From: Felis catus
Lineage: Eukaryota
DNA length: 64,000 nt
NCBI RefSeq assembly: GCF_018350175.1
Contig: NC_058368.1
Span: 163,930,001 to 163,994,000, forward strand
Direction of reading: 5' to 3'
Made by a program: the position numbers and the translations under genes
The notes under the pieces: generated by a model
The model's database searches: none
Told to the model about the DNA's origin: nothing
The model's input: only the letters and a program-made list of their open reading frames with translations
Shown: piece after piece, positions 49,261 through 63,015 of the stretch
Numbering within the stretch: the stretch's first letter is position 1
How the letters are laid out: the number at the start of each line of letters is the position of its first letter

Positions 49261-49974
49261 TTACTAATAGTAGTGACTCTGTACAGATGTTAAGGATGTA
49301 TCTTTAACAAAGGTCCCCATTAAGTCTTATTACTTGACAGTCTTACTGACAATCCTCCAAAACATGACCTTTAACTCTAAAAATAAAGACAATTTCTCAA
49401 TTGTAAAAAGCCAAATAAGTAATTCATATTGTTTTTATATTTATACTCTTTTTATTTGCTAGGCGAAAGAAAATGGCAAGTGAGGCTATTGCTTAGAAAA
49501 TCTTCTAAAGCTCTAATCTGCATAATATCACAAGGAGGAAATAAAGACCACGGCTAATTCGGAGCTTTTTAGGAGTTGCACTGAAAATTAGGAATCCTAG
49601 TAGCAGTAGTTATGTTTATAGGTTTTTCCTCTGCACCGTTTTGCAGTCAGGTGAGGAACAGAGATACCATTTCAGCCCATGCAGATTCTGAGCATACTGT
49701 TATAGATGAGAAGCCTTAAGTTATAAAAGTCCATATCTAAGTATTATGGCTTATTCAGATGAAACTGAGGGCATGGGGACTAACCAAGAATTTAAATGTA
49801 AAATAGAAGTATTTGTTAATCCAGTCATCGTTGATCATAAATTCTTGATTGTAAAAAATAAGCTTGAGTTACTATATTTGAGACACGTTGCCAGATTTAT
49901 GTAAATATATATATATATATATATGCATAATTTCTCACACACACAATTTTTATTTAGTTCTTTTCATTTTGCAA

Positions 49975-50115
49975 AGTGGTATCACTCCAGTTTGACAGAT
50001 GAGGAAACTGAAGTTCAAACCTCTTAAATGACTTGAACATGTTTAGAGTGCAAAACTCAGATTTACATGCAGCTATTATTTTTGATTCTGAAGCCTATCC
50101 TCTTTCAATCTGCCA
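49975..50115 (-). mobile_element. MIR fragment
   Basis: TTTGACAGATGAGGAAACTGAAG...TTAAATGACTTG MIR core. Confidence 0.75.
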
Positions 50116-53103
50116 TGCCAAATTTGGAAATTTTTATAAAAACGAAGACTTTCATTTCTTTGTTTTCTTTATTGTTTCTGCTAACCAGATGAAAGCATAA
50201 ATAAGTTACCATGGGAGAAAAATTGTTTAATGCACTTAAACGATAAGCAATTTTCTAGACCTCTGGAAATGTTTAATCACATAGAATTCACACCCAAAAA
50301 ACAAAATGATTTTATATTATATAAAATTATGGTTTGTGTTATTGAAGCAGAATTGCCAAATAGATATTGGAAATGTTTTATGAGTATTGTGTAATTATTG
50401 TGAAATATAGAGTTAGTGAATGTTTGTTAGCACTCACGATATTTCAGGATGCACTATCCAAAATTCTTTGTAACTGTTGTCTTCTTTAAACTTGCTCCAT
50501 TTTACGGACAAGGAATCAGGTCTAGGGAGTTTAACTCATATAAGTGGGAGAGGGGCTCTCAGGGCTCTTAAGCCCAAACCTACCCTGTTACTCCCACCTG
50601 ACAGTTTGAAAGTATAAACATTTGTTTGTAAATAAACAGAATAATGAGGATCTTTCACTCATTCGAGTGGGGCTTCTTTTTACCTGGCTCTAAGTAGTGA
50701 CATTTATTCTTGATATAATAAAATCTGTTTTTCTTTTACATCTGTAAACTTTGATAAACATTTTTTTTTTTTAACCCCTTTTGAGGACATTTGGGAAGCT
50801 TTCAGGCCACTAGTATCATTTAAAGTTAACTAAAGCTTATTATGTGGAAGCATTAAAGATCAAATGGCTTTCTTATTATTTACCATCCAACCTATTGTTG
50901 TACTGGAGCAAGATAATAGCATTTGGGGAAAATAGAACCACTGGTGTTTGACTATACAAGGTGTTTCCTATACAAGGACTTGTAGTTCAGAATGAGTTTC
51001 ATTCCTAATACTGCTTTTGATTCTTTATAGGTGGGTTGGGCTTCCCATTCACAATGCAGCAGAATAACTAAGGTGGGGCTGGTGGTAGCTACAGTTTCGA
51101 AACTTTGTGACATAATTCATCACTGTATGACTTAAACTTTCAAAATTATTCATTCCCATATCTACTACTGCAAATGTTTTACTTTAATTAAAAATGTTTG
51201 GTCTCCTGCGGGCCTTATACATATAGACTTGTTAATCCATATCCTCAGGTCATAGCTTTGAATTACAACTTGTATTCTCAACGACTAGATCAGTGGTCAC
51301 CAAGAAAGCTGGCTACTAAATGTGGCTGGTTTAGTATAACTCACAGTACATCCTAACAACGGAAAGTCAGCATATCGTTTTGAGATACAGATAGCACATT
51401 AAAAAGAAAATTTCCCATCAGGGTCTATGAGCTAAGAAATCAGCGGTTTTTTATGAAGAAATCCTTGGGAAAAGAAACGAAGCCACAGAGATACACCCTT
51501 GTTTTACTTAAGTAAAATGAATATCCCCATATATAGAAAGAATAGTTTCAATCTTGTTGAAAAGGTAAATGAGAAACAGTGTTTCACTGTCAGGATGTAT
51601 CTTACACATTTGATGGAAAATTACTGAAGAGAAGCAGTCACATTTCAGAGTCTCAAACCTGTTAGAAAGTAAGAGCAGTTTCTCTCCATGGAATTGTTAC
51701 TGTGAAAAAATAGGCTAGCTTGTAACACTGGGGTGCTTGATTTCAAGTCCAAGTTTATATTGGGCCTTCAACAAGGTGTGGAACGGTAATAGGATGTGGT
51801 GGTTTGATATAAGGTAGTTTATAAGTCTGATCCTTAAAAGCCTGTGACATTCTACTGAGAATTCTCTACACTGATTTTTCTCAAGTAAGAACTGTGTGGA
51901 GGTCATTGCTAGACATTCTTAGTGGTCAAAGAAAATAAATATGAAACAATTACCACATGAATGGGAACATTTCCTGAGCATCTGTGCTATAGTATGTCTT
52001 TGGCATGTTTAAGCTGTTGGCAAAAAATGAAAAAACTATCATAGATATATTGATATTCACAATAACTTTGGGACAGTATAGGCCATATTTAATTATTTAA
52101 GAGTATAGCTGTTCTACTTGTATTGTCTTCAGAAAAGAGATAAAAATAAGACCAATTATAATAAGAAGACCCAGGTCTCCTGGGATTTACTCTTCAACGG
52201 GTAAGATTTCAGGGAAATCCCAATTTATCTGATTTAATGTCTGTGAGAAAGTAATTCCCCGAATACAAATAGTTCTAATACAGATTTTTCATTGCTTTAC
52301 AAAATTCTCAGTGTTTCACAGTCATTAATTACTGCTTTGCTGACATGTGAATGAAGATCTATAGCAATCACAGCATATGTCCTAGGCGTGCTTACTTTGG
52401 CAGACTCTACTCCTTACCAAGTCACATTCTAATTCTCATGCACCTATTTGAATGCATCACATTACATTGATTTTTTTTTGATGTAGAATCTTAAGATAAT
52501 TTTATTTTCAAAGAGTAAATTATTTCTTTTGCTCTTGAGTTTTATTTTTTTTTTTGTATTTGCATATGAGCTAGGTAGCAATTGGTATACATTTTTGTAG
52601 ACATTATGTGAACATTAATTTTTGGAGCCTATGTTAAACAATGTTGAGGGGGGGAGCTTAGAAAGCTCATAGATCCTAGGTTTTGTGTTTGCAATACCTA
52701 ACATAAAAAATGCCCCTGGTTGTGCAAAGCTGGTGTAAACCACTATAATTCTATACAGAGGTCTAAGACAACCATTGCATATCTGGTTTCGTGGTACTTG
52801 TGGCAAAGTTGGTCACTTTTGTAAGAAATAATGTTGAAATGCTTGGGCATCTTGAGACAAAATACTGTCACCTTGAGAATAGTGTAACTGGCAGAATCAG
52901 GTGAAGCTGCTGCTTAAGATGGAACGAGTATTACTCAGTTACCAGGTTTTCAATCTATCAGATAATATGATCATTGGTTAATCACACACACATGTACACA
53001 CAGATGCATGGATGTATAATTTTTGAAGATTTACCATATTATATGTCTTTATAAAAAAGAGACATAAGCCTTCTCTACCCCTACCTACACTGCAGACACT
53101 GCA

Positions 53104-53139
<36 letters not shown>

Positions 53140-54059
53140 TTGAACCTTGTGGATCGAAGATGAGGCAGGAGATATAAAATGGATTAAAGTTAAAATGAAG
53201 ATAAATTCCTGAAAGCAAACAAAGGCATGACAAAATGCAAAAAGCTTTCAAGGTTAAATAGAGTGATAATCTCAAAAGCCAAATGAATTTAAAGTTCTAT
53301 TCGGTTTTATCACAACCTTTCACAAATAAGACCTTAAAGAGATACCTGGGTAAATACAATGAGCTGCTGCCGTAGTTCACCACAGGAATACCATATCTGT
53401 CATCTAGTGTCCTCTTTCTTACAATTTTCCCCCCGTAAAAAAGTCTCAGTTTGAGGCCATTTTAATGAATTACTGATATTTGGGTCATCTCAAAATATTG
53501 TGTATTTTGTTTTCAATTCAAATCATTGACTGTGTCAAAGGCGGGCACCATTTATTAATTAGAGAAGGAATAATTGTCTGAAAGTACTTAACATCCCAGT
53601 AAAGAGTTCTGTGCCCATGTGGCTGAATTTTGTGTTTAAGATCTCCATAGAACAGCTAATTGTACTGTGGCATTAGTTGAAGATTTCTTTCTGTTCCCAT
53701 TAATCTTTTCCTGTGTACTTGCTGAGGGCTTTTGACCTGTTCACTCAGGGACTTGCCAGCCAGCAGCTGACCAGTATGTGTCCTTTGTTTTGTATTCTGG
53801 ATGATGTGATGGGTCATCCGGTCAGCGCCCAACTTTATTAGAAATAGTAGCTGTAAGTAAATTCGTGGTGAGCCTTTAAAAGCCCATAAAATGGGTAAAA
53901 AGCCATTTGATCACATGTAATGTTTAAGAAATACCCTGCCAGAAGTTTGGTTGTGTGAAAAATGACAAGTTCACATACTACAACTAACCCTGGACACTGA
54001 CTCATTTTATATCAATGCTGAGTATTTCTGGTGTTTGACAATGTGAAATTTGATTTTTT

Positions 54060-54280
54060 TTTTTAAATTTTTTTTCAATGTTTTTATTTATTTTTGGGAC
54101 AGAGAGAGACAGAGCATGAACGGGGGAGGGGCAGAGAGAGAGGGAGACACAGAATCGGAAACAGGCTCCGGGCTCCGAGCCATCAGCCCAGAGCCTGACG
54201 CGGGGCTCGAACTCACGGACCGCGAGATTGTGACCTGGCTGAAGTCGGACGCTTAACCGACTGCACCACCCAGGCGCCCC
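54060..54280 (-). mobile_element. Young felid SINE
   Basis: TSD TGAAATTTGATTTTTT at 54044-54059 and 54281-54296. Confidence 0.97.
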
Positions 54281-55384
54281 TGAAATTTGATTTTTTAAAT
54301 ACTAGCATAATTGGAAAGGGAATTATAATAAACATAGCACAGAACATCTTCATTTGCTACCATTTATCAGGTGACACAGTGATTCCTGTAATTTCAAAAA
54401 GAAATAGCTTGCATTGCTTGCCTATTTTCTAGTAGAAAGTATACCACCTTATAAATTTATAGTTTAAGAATACTGTGGATAAGAAAAATATCCTGTCCAA
54501 ATTAGAATTTGTGGAGATGAGTATGAGTAATGTATTTATTTCAGAGTTGAGAAACGGAGCCTTATTTCCTATTGGCATATGGAATTACTAATATGGAGAA
54601 TGAAGGATGATAGTTAAAGTTCAAGACAGCAGAAATTCAAGGAAGACAGGCCTTTCAGTTATCTCATTATTTGTGAGAAATGAGTAAACATCTCAAAGTA
54701 GCACAGTGTAGTGAAAAAGTAATCCCCAGGAGATACGAGTAGATATGGGACCCACTGTTATCTTTTTGACATGGGCACCTAGCCAGAAAGTTGCTAGGTA
54801 CTGATAGCTGCCAGCCTATAGTGGAGCCAGTGGGAAGCAGAGTTTCCAGACAACTGGACTAGGCTTTCTCTGAGAAAACACAATACAGACTTAGTGTGGA
54901 TAGGGAGTGGTAGGGAGAGCTCAGATAAGATTGTAGATGACAACAGTGATACTGACTTGTGGATCAGTTAGATAAGGTTTGGGCTTATGAAATTCTAGAT
55001 AATTTATAGCAGAGTTTCCCAGAATGCTGCTTGGCTACATTCTGGAGGTACTTGAGATGATTTTAGAAGGTGCATAGGCATAGCATTAGAAAACACTGAG
55101 CCACATAGAAAGAAAGTCACTTTCTTTGCAATTTTTTTTTTTGAATTAGAATAAGGAGAAAAAAGTCCACAATATGGTACTAATGTGTCCTTAATAGCTC
55201 ACTAACACTTGCTAATCTCCCTATTTAATAATTGGAAAGCAGGTCTTGGCAAACAACTTTAGCTAGTTAGAATTTATGGCATTTTTAAAAATGACACATG
55301 ATACTGATTTTTCATTTATAATAATAGACAGTTTATTTTTAATTTATTTAAGTAAAAATAACAATCCCATTTATTTTTCATTTT

Positions 55385-55612
55385 TCATTAAAACAATTTT
55401 TTTTAACACTTTTATTTATTTTTGAGAGACAGAGAGAGGCAGAGTGTGAGCAGAGGAGGGGCAGAGAGACAGAGGGAACACAGAATCTGAAGCAGGCTCC
55501 AGGCTCTGAGCTGCCAGGACAGAGCCCAGCACTCACCTTGAACCCACGAACTGTGAGATCATGGCCTGAGCTGAAGTCGGATACTCAACCGACTGAGCCA
55601 CCCAGGCACCCC
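55385..55612 (-). mobile_element. CAN-SINE (first of a tandem pair)
   Basis: Full body ending CCCAGGCACCCC. Confidence 0.94.
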
Positions 55613-55848
55613 TAATTTTTTTTAATTTTTAAATGTTTATTTATTTATTTTGAGAGAGAGAGAGAGGGAGAGAGAGAGAGCAAGCAGGGGAGAGGCAGAG
55701 AGAAAGGGAGACAGAGAATCTCAAGCAGGCTCCACACTGTCAGCATGGAGTCTGATGCAGGACTTGAACTCACCAACCCTGAGATCAATCAGGACCTGAG
55801 CTGAAATCAAGAGTCGTACGCCTAACCATCTGAGCCACCCAGGTGCCG
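55613..55848 (-). mobile_element. CAN-SINE (second of a tandem pair)
   Basis: Full body ending CCCAGGTGCCG. Confidence 0.94.
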
Positions 55849-57269
55849 CAATAATGAAGCTTCCATGTAAACTAAAATATTAAGTGTGTAAGAGTTTAGG
55901 TGTTACAAAGATAAGACACAAGTCAGGATAGCAGGAAGCAAATGATGGCAGTTTGGCCAACATTGATGTGGAGAGATGGTTCAAGTCCTCCTTTATTTGT
56001 AAGAGATTCTGGAGATATTTGGCCAAGCAGTATATGCTAAAGCTTTCCTGTGTACTTCCACCTTCTTAGTGGTCAGAACTCTTCTTACTGGGAAGAGATG
56101 CAAAACTTCCCTTGCCAAACACTAGGGAAAGCAATTAAATAGTTAAAGTGGAAGCTTGGATAGACCACCCCTGCAGTAAGAAGGTAACAACACTATTTTC
56201 ACTTGCAGACACTAGTACTTCATGTTTGTACAAGTTAGCTTGCAATAGTAATGTTTTTGGTAAGGAAAAGGCGGGGGGTGGGTGGATATTGGCTTGTCTA
56301 TTGACAAAAAAAAAAAAACAACAGTTTATTATACAGGTTGGGTATTTAAAAATAAAACATATTTGGCAATAATTAGTTGAAAAATATAGCTAAAATTTGG
56401 AACTTAAACAAAAATCATAGATATAGTCCCTCATCTTCAACAAATCATAACATAAACATTTGTCAAAAAACCTTCCCTTGAGGGGGCAGTGATTCTTGAA
56501 TGGTATAGGCTGGTATCTAGGAATGGGATGTATTTGGCAGAAGTTAGTTTCCTTACTCTAACTCTCATTTGTACTGTTCTGACCAAACCATGGTCATCTA
56601 AGAAATTAACACTCACAGGTTATATGACTTCTCATCAAGAAGCTCACTCATAAATTTAGAGGCTGTCACTTAAGTATACAGTGAATGTAAATGGATTATT
56701 TTATGGAGGCTTTGAGGCCTCTCATAGCTTTCTGTAAAGATTCTTTGATGTATTAAGAGAGCTTTTGCACAGCTGATTTATTTACTGCATGCCCTTTACC
56801 CTCTGCACCATGGGCATTAAAAAAATGCTTTGAGTGCTAACTAAAACTAGAAGTGGCTGTGTTGAGTATGGTATAGAGAAAAAAAGCTGAGTTGAATAAA
56901 AGCATTTAAGAGAAAGAGAAATATTTCAATATCCATTGGGCTCTACGGGTAACAGATTGGTTGAAAGCAGATCTCAACAGGTTATAAGGCAGTACTGGAA
57001 ATTTTCATGTCCACCCCCAGCCCTGAAATTGCTTTCTCTTCTGTGCACTTTGCTTTTCTTTTTTCCCTAAACACTCTTTACCCATTTTGTTCTGTATCAC
57101 ATTTAGCGGTGTATGCATTGGTCTTTTTTGATAGGTTTTTAAGCTCTATATCTTATATATCTTATTCAACTCCCAGGACAGTGTGTTACTGATAGTAGCC
57201 TTTCAATCACTGCTTTTTGAATTAAATCTTGAGAGCTGCTTAGCCTGTATGGGGAAATAAGCAGACTGC

Positions 57270-57460
57270 CTAGAGCCTCAGATCCGTCCCAGTTTTACCA
57301 CTAGCTACCTGAGTGGCCTTGGAAAAGTTACTCAATCTCTTTAAGGCTTAGTTTCTCCACCTGCAAAATGGGGTAATAATAGTATCTGTCTCTCAGTGTT
57401 TCTGTGAAGGTTGAATATAATAATTTATGTCAAGACTTAGAACAATGCCTAGAGCCATAT
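57270..57460 (+). mobile_element. MIR
   Basis: CCTTGGAAAAGTTACTCAATCTCTTTAAGGCTTAGTTTCTCCACCTGCAAAATGGGG. Confidence 0.85.
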
Positions 57461-58179
57461 CTAGGAAGGGAGTCCATATATTTTAGATATTTAATTTTAG
57501 TGATGATACCCTAGTACTTTTTTCAGAGACGAATTAAAAGAAATAAAGATTACAATAGTGGAAAGAAAACTATATCAAAATCCAGGAATCTAGATTTTCG
57601 TCTTGTTTCTATTGGTATTTATTTAACCTTAGCCTGATCAAGATTTCATGAACTTGATTCCTCATTTATAAATGAAGGTGTTTGGACTTGATGTCTGTAA
57701 AACTCCTTCTAGTTTAAAAGTTTTATGATTATTATCCTGTTTGTTCTCATGGAGGGGCATTTTAAGAACACAAATTAATATATGAACCTTTAGGGGGATG
57801 TTGCATAATCTGTGTATGATAGTTGATTAAAAGTTGAAAAATACTAAGATCTTATTGAGACCACAACAATTAAATAATCTTTTAATCTGTATACATCTCA
57901 TTTAAATAAGTGAAAGTAAGATGCATGCTTAACTTTACGGAATTTAACTTTTTTATCTGCTTAGCAAAAGTTGAAGCTTCATAGCTGATTCATCAGGTGA
58001 AATGACTGGACTAGATATTGGTAAAACTGAATAAAATGCTGAAAAAACTTAATGGATGTGTCCTTTTTCTAGAGGCAGTTTACTAATGCTTTGGTGACTT
58101 CTTTGGATCCATTATGTTTGTGTCTGGATGATTGCTGAATGGTTGAGTTGTCGTCTGGAGTTCTCTCCTTGACTCGGGT

Positions 58180-59870
58180 TCCAAATCAAATTGACATTTA
58201 AATCATGATGGCTGGAGAGTGGGAATGACCCATTCCACTGTGTTGTCCTTGAAACCCTGGATTCAAGGAGATTACCCTGGATCTTTCCTGGTTCTGAGTC
58301 ACAACACATGATTGATTAAATCTTCTTTTTACTCTAAATACCCAGCAACTATAACCCTCTTCTTTCCACTCTGTTGAGTTTTGAAGTGATAACATTTAGT
58401 GCTATCTCTCATTCCTTGGGCCCCATTCACTCTCCAAACCCATTGCAATCCGATTTCTGACTTGCCACTTCATTGAAACTGCCTTGGCAAAAGATAACAA
58501 CTTCAAAATTGTTAACCCCAACAGATATTTTTATCCTATTTTTTTTAACTCTACTGCTTTAGATAATATTGCTACATTCTCCTTCTCTAAACTTTCTTTA
58601 AGCAAGTGTACTTCCTTTGTTCTGTGTATTTATAACTTGTTTTCTTTTCTTACTGACTGGTCCTTCTTATTTGAGACTTTATTATCTTTTGAACCTTAAT
58701 TTTATCCTTTCTCACATACTCAAACTCAGAAGATCCTGTGAGCTCTACTTTCAAAGATACCCAAATCCTACCAGTTCTTATTCTATCCAAAACTACTGTC
58801 ATTCTCTCATGAATTAATGGCACAGCCTTCTAAAAACAAACAAACAGGCAAACAGACAAACCAGCCTGTTTTTGCTTTTGCCTCATACAGTAGATATGGT
58901 AGGTAATAGAGTAGGTTTGTTAAAACATAAATCATAGTGCTTTGCCAATTAAACTTCTGTCTTCCAATATTATTTAGAGCAAAAATTTACATAATGAAAT
59001 TTATGTAATATCTATTAAGGCTCTACTTCATGTAGTTCCTGATAATCTCTCTAACATCACTTCCTTCCACTCTCTTTCTCTATCTGTAATATTTTTCATC
59101 AGTACTGACCCCTTATTGTTTCCCAGTCCAAGCAAACTCATAAGTTAAGACCTTTGCATTTGCTGTTTCTTTTTCTTGGAAAGCTCTATTCTGAGATATT
59201 CATATGACACACCTTTTCACTTACTTTAGATTTCTGCTCAAAAATCACCCTAAAAGAGAAGCATTTTCTAACCATGTCATATAAAATAGCAATGCTCTCC
59301 CTCCTCCTGACATTATTTGATTTTTCTCAATTGTGCTTATCTTTATCTTATTATACTATTGGTGGGTGCTAGATATTTGGTCTTGACTTTTTTCCTAAGC
59401 TTCCTGATAAACATTTCTACTTAATTGTCCTACAAACACCTTGAATGCACATGTTCAAAACTCATGCACATTTTATGCCTCAGAAATACCTATCTGTAAC
59501 CTGAACAAAACCTTTGGCATCATGCCTGTATGTAATTATTCATATGTTTTTTCCACCTGTAACACTCTTCTTCACTTGCTAATTCCTACCAATGCTGCAA
59601 GATCATATTTCATTTCTTGTAATTTTTTATTAACATGATTCCCACCCTTAGAATGGTTATTGTTCCTCCCCTCTCTTTCTTTAAAACCTTGAGCTTATCT
59701 TTAACCAGTGTCTGTACTGAATTATAACAATGTGATTTCTTTAGTTATCTCTCTCCCTTAATAAACTATAATCTCCTTAAGGATAGGGATTGTGCTCTAT
59801 ATATCTTTCTGTTCCTAGCACCTTAGTATTGTCAGCTTAGAAGGCACTCAAGGAGTGTTTGTTAAACTGC
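58180..59870 (+). mobile_element. Fragmented L2
   Basis: CTCCAAACCCATTGCAATCCGATTTCTGACTTGCCACTTCATTGAAACTGCC (RT region) through 3' end-like segments. Confidence 0.7.
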
Positions 59871-61899
59871 TTAGAGCCAGTTTTCTTTCCCCAAAGACAA
59901 TGTTAAGGAACTTACTAACCAGAGGACAGAAGAGAGGAGACACAGGAAAAAAGGAACTTTGTGCCCCAACCTGATTCATTACCATAATTCATAATCTCTA
60001 TGCAACTCCAAAAACTTGAAGGCTTGGGGACTGGAAGTAGGGCATAGGGGTAGAATAGGACTGGCATGAAATTTCTACCCATTGGACACAGATGCATTTG
60101 AAGAGAGGAAAGATAACGGAGGCAGAACAACAGAGCCTCATTCTCTTAGCAGCTTCACAGTACTGTGTCAGGTGCCTGGTCCAGTTTTAGCAGTCCTGTT
60201 GGGTGGGGGCAGAGGGATAAATTACACAACAGTGAATTCTTAGATCCAGAAGCATCTTGTTAACAGAGGATGATAGAGAACAACATCATGTTTCAGAGAT
60301 GTGCCACGAATGAACAATGCAAATTACAAACTTCTGGTATATTTTAAAATGTATTGATAATTGGATAATAGATTTCTTTTGATGCACGGCTGTTTACTTA
60401 TCCTTTTCTGCCTAATGTCAAGTAAATAGATGTTGAATTGAGGCTTAGAGTAGATAATTCATTGGTGAGGTTTCCATACCTAGTAATTACAGAGTTAGGA
60501 TAGAAATCTACTTCTAACTCTAAATATGTACTTTTTGTTTAATCTCTTGCATCTTTAGAAAGAAATGAGTCCAAAGACATGTATTCAAGTGCTGGCTTCC
60601 TTCCTTACTGATCAGTCACTTAACTTACTGGATTCAGTTTCCTGACTCTTGAAATGACTGTAATAATATTTGTATACCTGGCTCCGAGGGTTGTTGTGAG
60701 GCTCCAATGAAAACTACAAAGTGCTGTATGGAGGTATTATATTTAAGATCACCATCAAAATATGAGACTATCTTGGTATATTGTCATCTTCATTTAACAT
60801 TTTGTTATTTGATGTTTGGTATATTAAAATGACAAACTATTTAATTTAACTAGGCTAATGTTATTTTGTTATTATTACTTCCAGAACAACCAATATGCTC
60901 GATAAATTCATTATGCATATATTGAAGCCTTCCTCTGAGAGAGTGTCCTCAGGGTCCACGCTCAAATGCCAGTTATAGATGAGCACATGTTCTTTGTTTC
61001 TGCTGGTGGCTTATGTTTCCTGAATGGATTCCAAGAAGGAGTCATGTTATATTGATTTACTCTTGTAGCACGTTGTTGTATAGTCAGCTTGGAATGTATA
61101 CATGATTGCAGGAATTCATAATATTTGTTAGAGGAACCAGATCTATCTTTATAACAAGCACTTCGCATAACATATTTTGAGGAAGAAATATTTTAAGTTC
61201 TTCGTAGGAAATTAAGTGAATATATTGTATAGCCATTCATTTACTCATTCAACAAACATGTACCGAGTGCCTGTTAAGTACCAATGTTTTAGGCATTTGG
61301 AAATATCAGTGAACAAAGAGATGCCAGCTTCTTGTTTCAGTAGGGGGAGACAAACATTAAACAATAAATATAATAAATGAGTATATTATGTAGTATGCTG
61401 GAAGGTGAAAATCAATATGGGGAAAAAAGGAAAGCAGGTAACAGGATCCATAGGCTGAACTTACACACTCATTCAGTTAATTAGTGAGTATTTATTAAGT
61501 ACAACTGCTAAGAAGGTAATATCTAACTCATACTGAGCTAGCAGTACTTAGAGAAATCCAAAATCAAGCTTGAAAAGATCAGCGAAAATGGTAATGATAC
61601 GGAGACAGGAGGCTAGTTAAAAGATTGCTAGTGGGTATGCAAATTTTTCCAACTTGTAAGTAACATAATCTGACATTATCTATTAAATTTAAAATGCACA
61701 ACTATTTCACCAACTTCTGTGAATTCATCCAATGAAAGAGAAAGTATTAGTATATGAGGATGTTTAAGAATGTTTTTCCAGCATTGTCTGTTGTTGGAAA
61801 AGGAGAGAAGGAAAAGAGGTGATTGGGTAGGAGAAGCCTCAGATCATTGCACATCTAAAACAGAAGATGAACAAACATCTGAATATTACCAGACACTTA

Positions 61900-62215
61900 T
61901 TGATAGCCAAATCCATGAAATTTCATGGATAATATCAGAGAAAACAGAATTAAAGAACAATCAGGATTTTAAGGAAGTATAATTGATATCCTTTAAGAGA
62001 TAAAGAAGCTAATGTAACTATGAAATAATAACAGGCTTTAAAAAATTAGCAAATTAGCGATCATCAAAATAAAAGCTCAGTAAATGGGCTGAATAGTAGA
62101 ATAATCATAGATGAAGATTTAATTAGTGATTAAGAAGAGTGGACAAAGAATTCATCTAGAATTCAGCACAAAAGACAAAAAGATGAAAAGCATGAAAGAC
62201 ATAATTTAGGTTCAA
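61900..62215 (+). mobile_element. Ancient L1 ORF1/HAL1-like fragment
   Basis: A-rich AAAGCTCAGTAAATGGGCTGAATAGTAGAATA...GAATTCAGCACAAAAGACAAAAAGATGAAAA. Confidence 0.55.
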
Positions 62216-62233
62216 AAATTGTTATATCCATTT

Positions 62234-62441
62234 TTTTAATTTTTTTTAACGTTTATTTGTTTTTGAGACAGAGAGAGACAGAGCATGAACAGGAGAGGGG
62301 CAGAGAGAGACAGAGACACAGAATCTGAAACAGTCTCCAGGCTCTGAGCTGTCAGCACAGAGCTTGATGCGGGGCTCGAACTCACGAGCCGTGAGATCAT
62401 GACCTGAGCCGAAGTCGGACGCTTAACCAACCAAATGCCCC
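62234..62441 (-). mobile_element. CAN-SINE with a small deletion near the A box
   Basis: TSD TGTTATATCCATTT at 62220-62233 and 62442-62455. Confidence 0.96.
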
Positions 62442-62519
62442 TGTTATATCCATTTAAAAGATTTCTAGGAGAAAAGATTCTGTGACAATACCTGTATACT
62501 TGTATACTCTCAAACATTG

Positions 62520-62721
62520 GTTATTTTTATTTCTTTTATTTATTTAATGTTTATTTTGAGAGAGAATAAGAAAGAGAGCGCAGGGGAGGGTCAGAGGTAG
62601 AGGGAGAGAGGGATCCCAAGCAGGCTCCACACTGTCAGTGCTGCTTCACAAATTATGAGATCATGACTTGGCGCATAAATCAAGAATAGGACATTTAACC
62701 CACTGAGCCATCCAGGTGCCC
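62520..62721 (-). mobile_element. Older CAN-SINE
   Basis: TSD CAAACATTG at 62511-62519 and 62722-62730. Confidence 0.92.
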
Positions 62722-62803
62722 CAAACATTGTTTGCAAATTTAATAGGTTAAAAATTATGAATGGCATTGAGGTTGAGCATCATTTTCTATATGGAGTATA
62801 GAA

Positions 62804-62807
<4 letters not shown>

Positions 62808-62853
<46 letters not shown>
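62808..62853. repeat. (TG)n microsatellite
   Basis: Perfect TG run. Confidence 0.97.
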
Positions 62854-62857
<4 letters not shown>

Positions 62858-63015
62858 CATCTATTACCTATTTATGGCCTTTGATTTTTTCTATTATATT
62901 ATTGCATTTTAAATATATAAACCTTCTTTGTATGTAAGGGCTAATTATCTCTTACCCATCATATAAGCTATGAATACATAATCTTAGTCTGTCATTTAAA
63001 AAATTAGTTATGATC

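Larger units (their letters stand above)
55010..55964. mobile_element. Possible hAT/Charlie-type non-autonomous element containing two SINEs
   Basis: TIR-like ends CAGAGTTTCCCAGAA and AGTTTGGCCAACATTG; family uncertain. Confidence 0.4.

Noticed and set aside
49441..49656. Possible exon between TTTGCTAG (49462) and donors at 49480 or 49651
   Set aside because: Lengths of 17 or 188 nt are not frame-preserving, and the longer form contains stops; support is too weak for a call.
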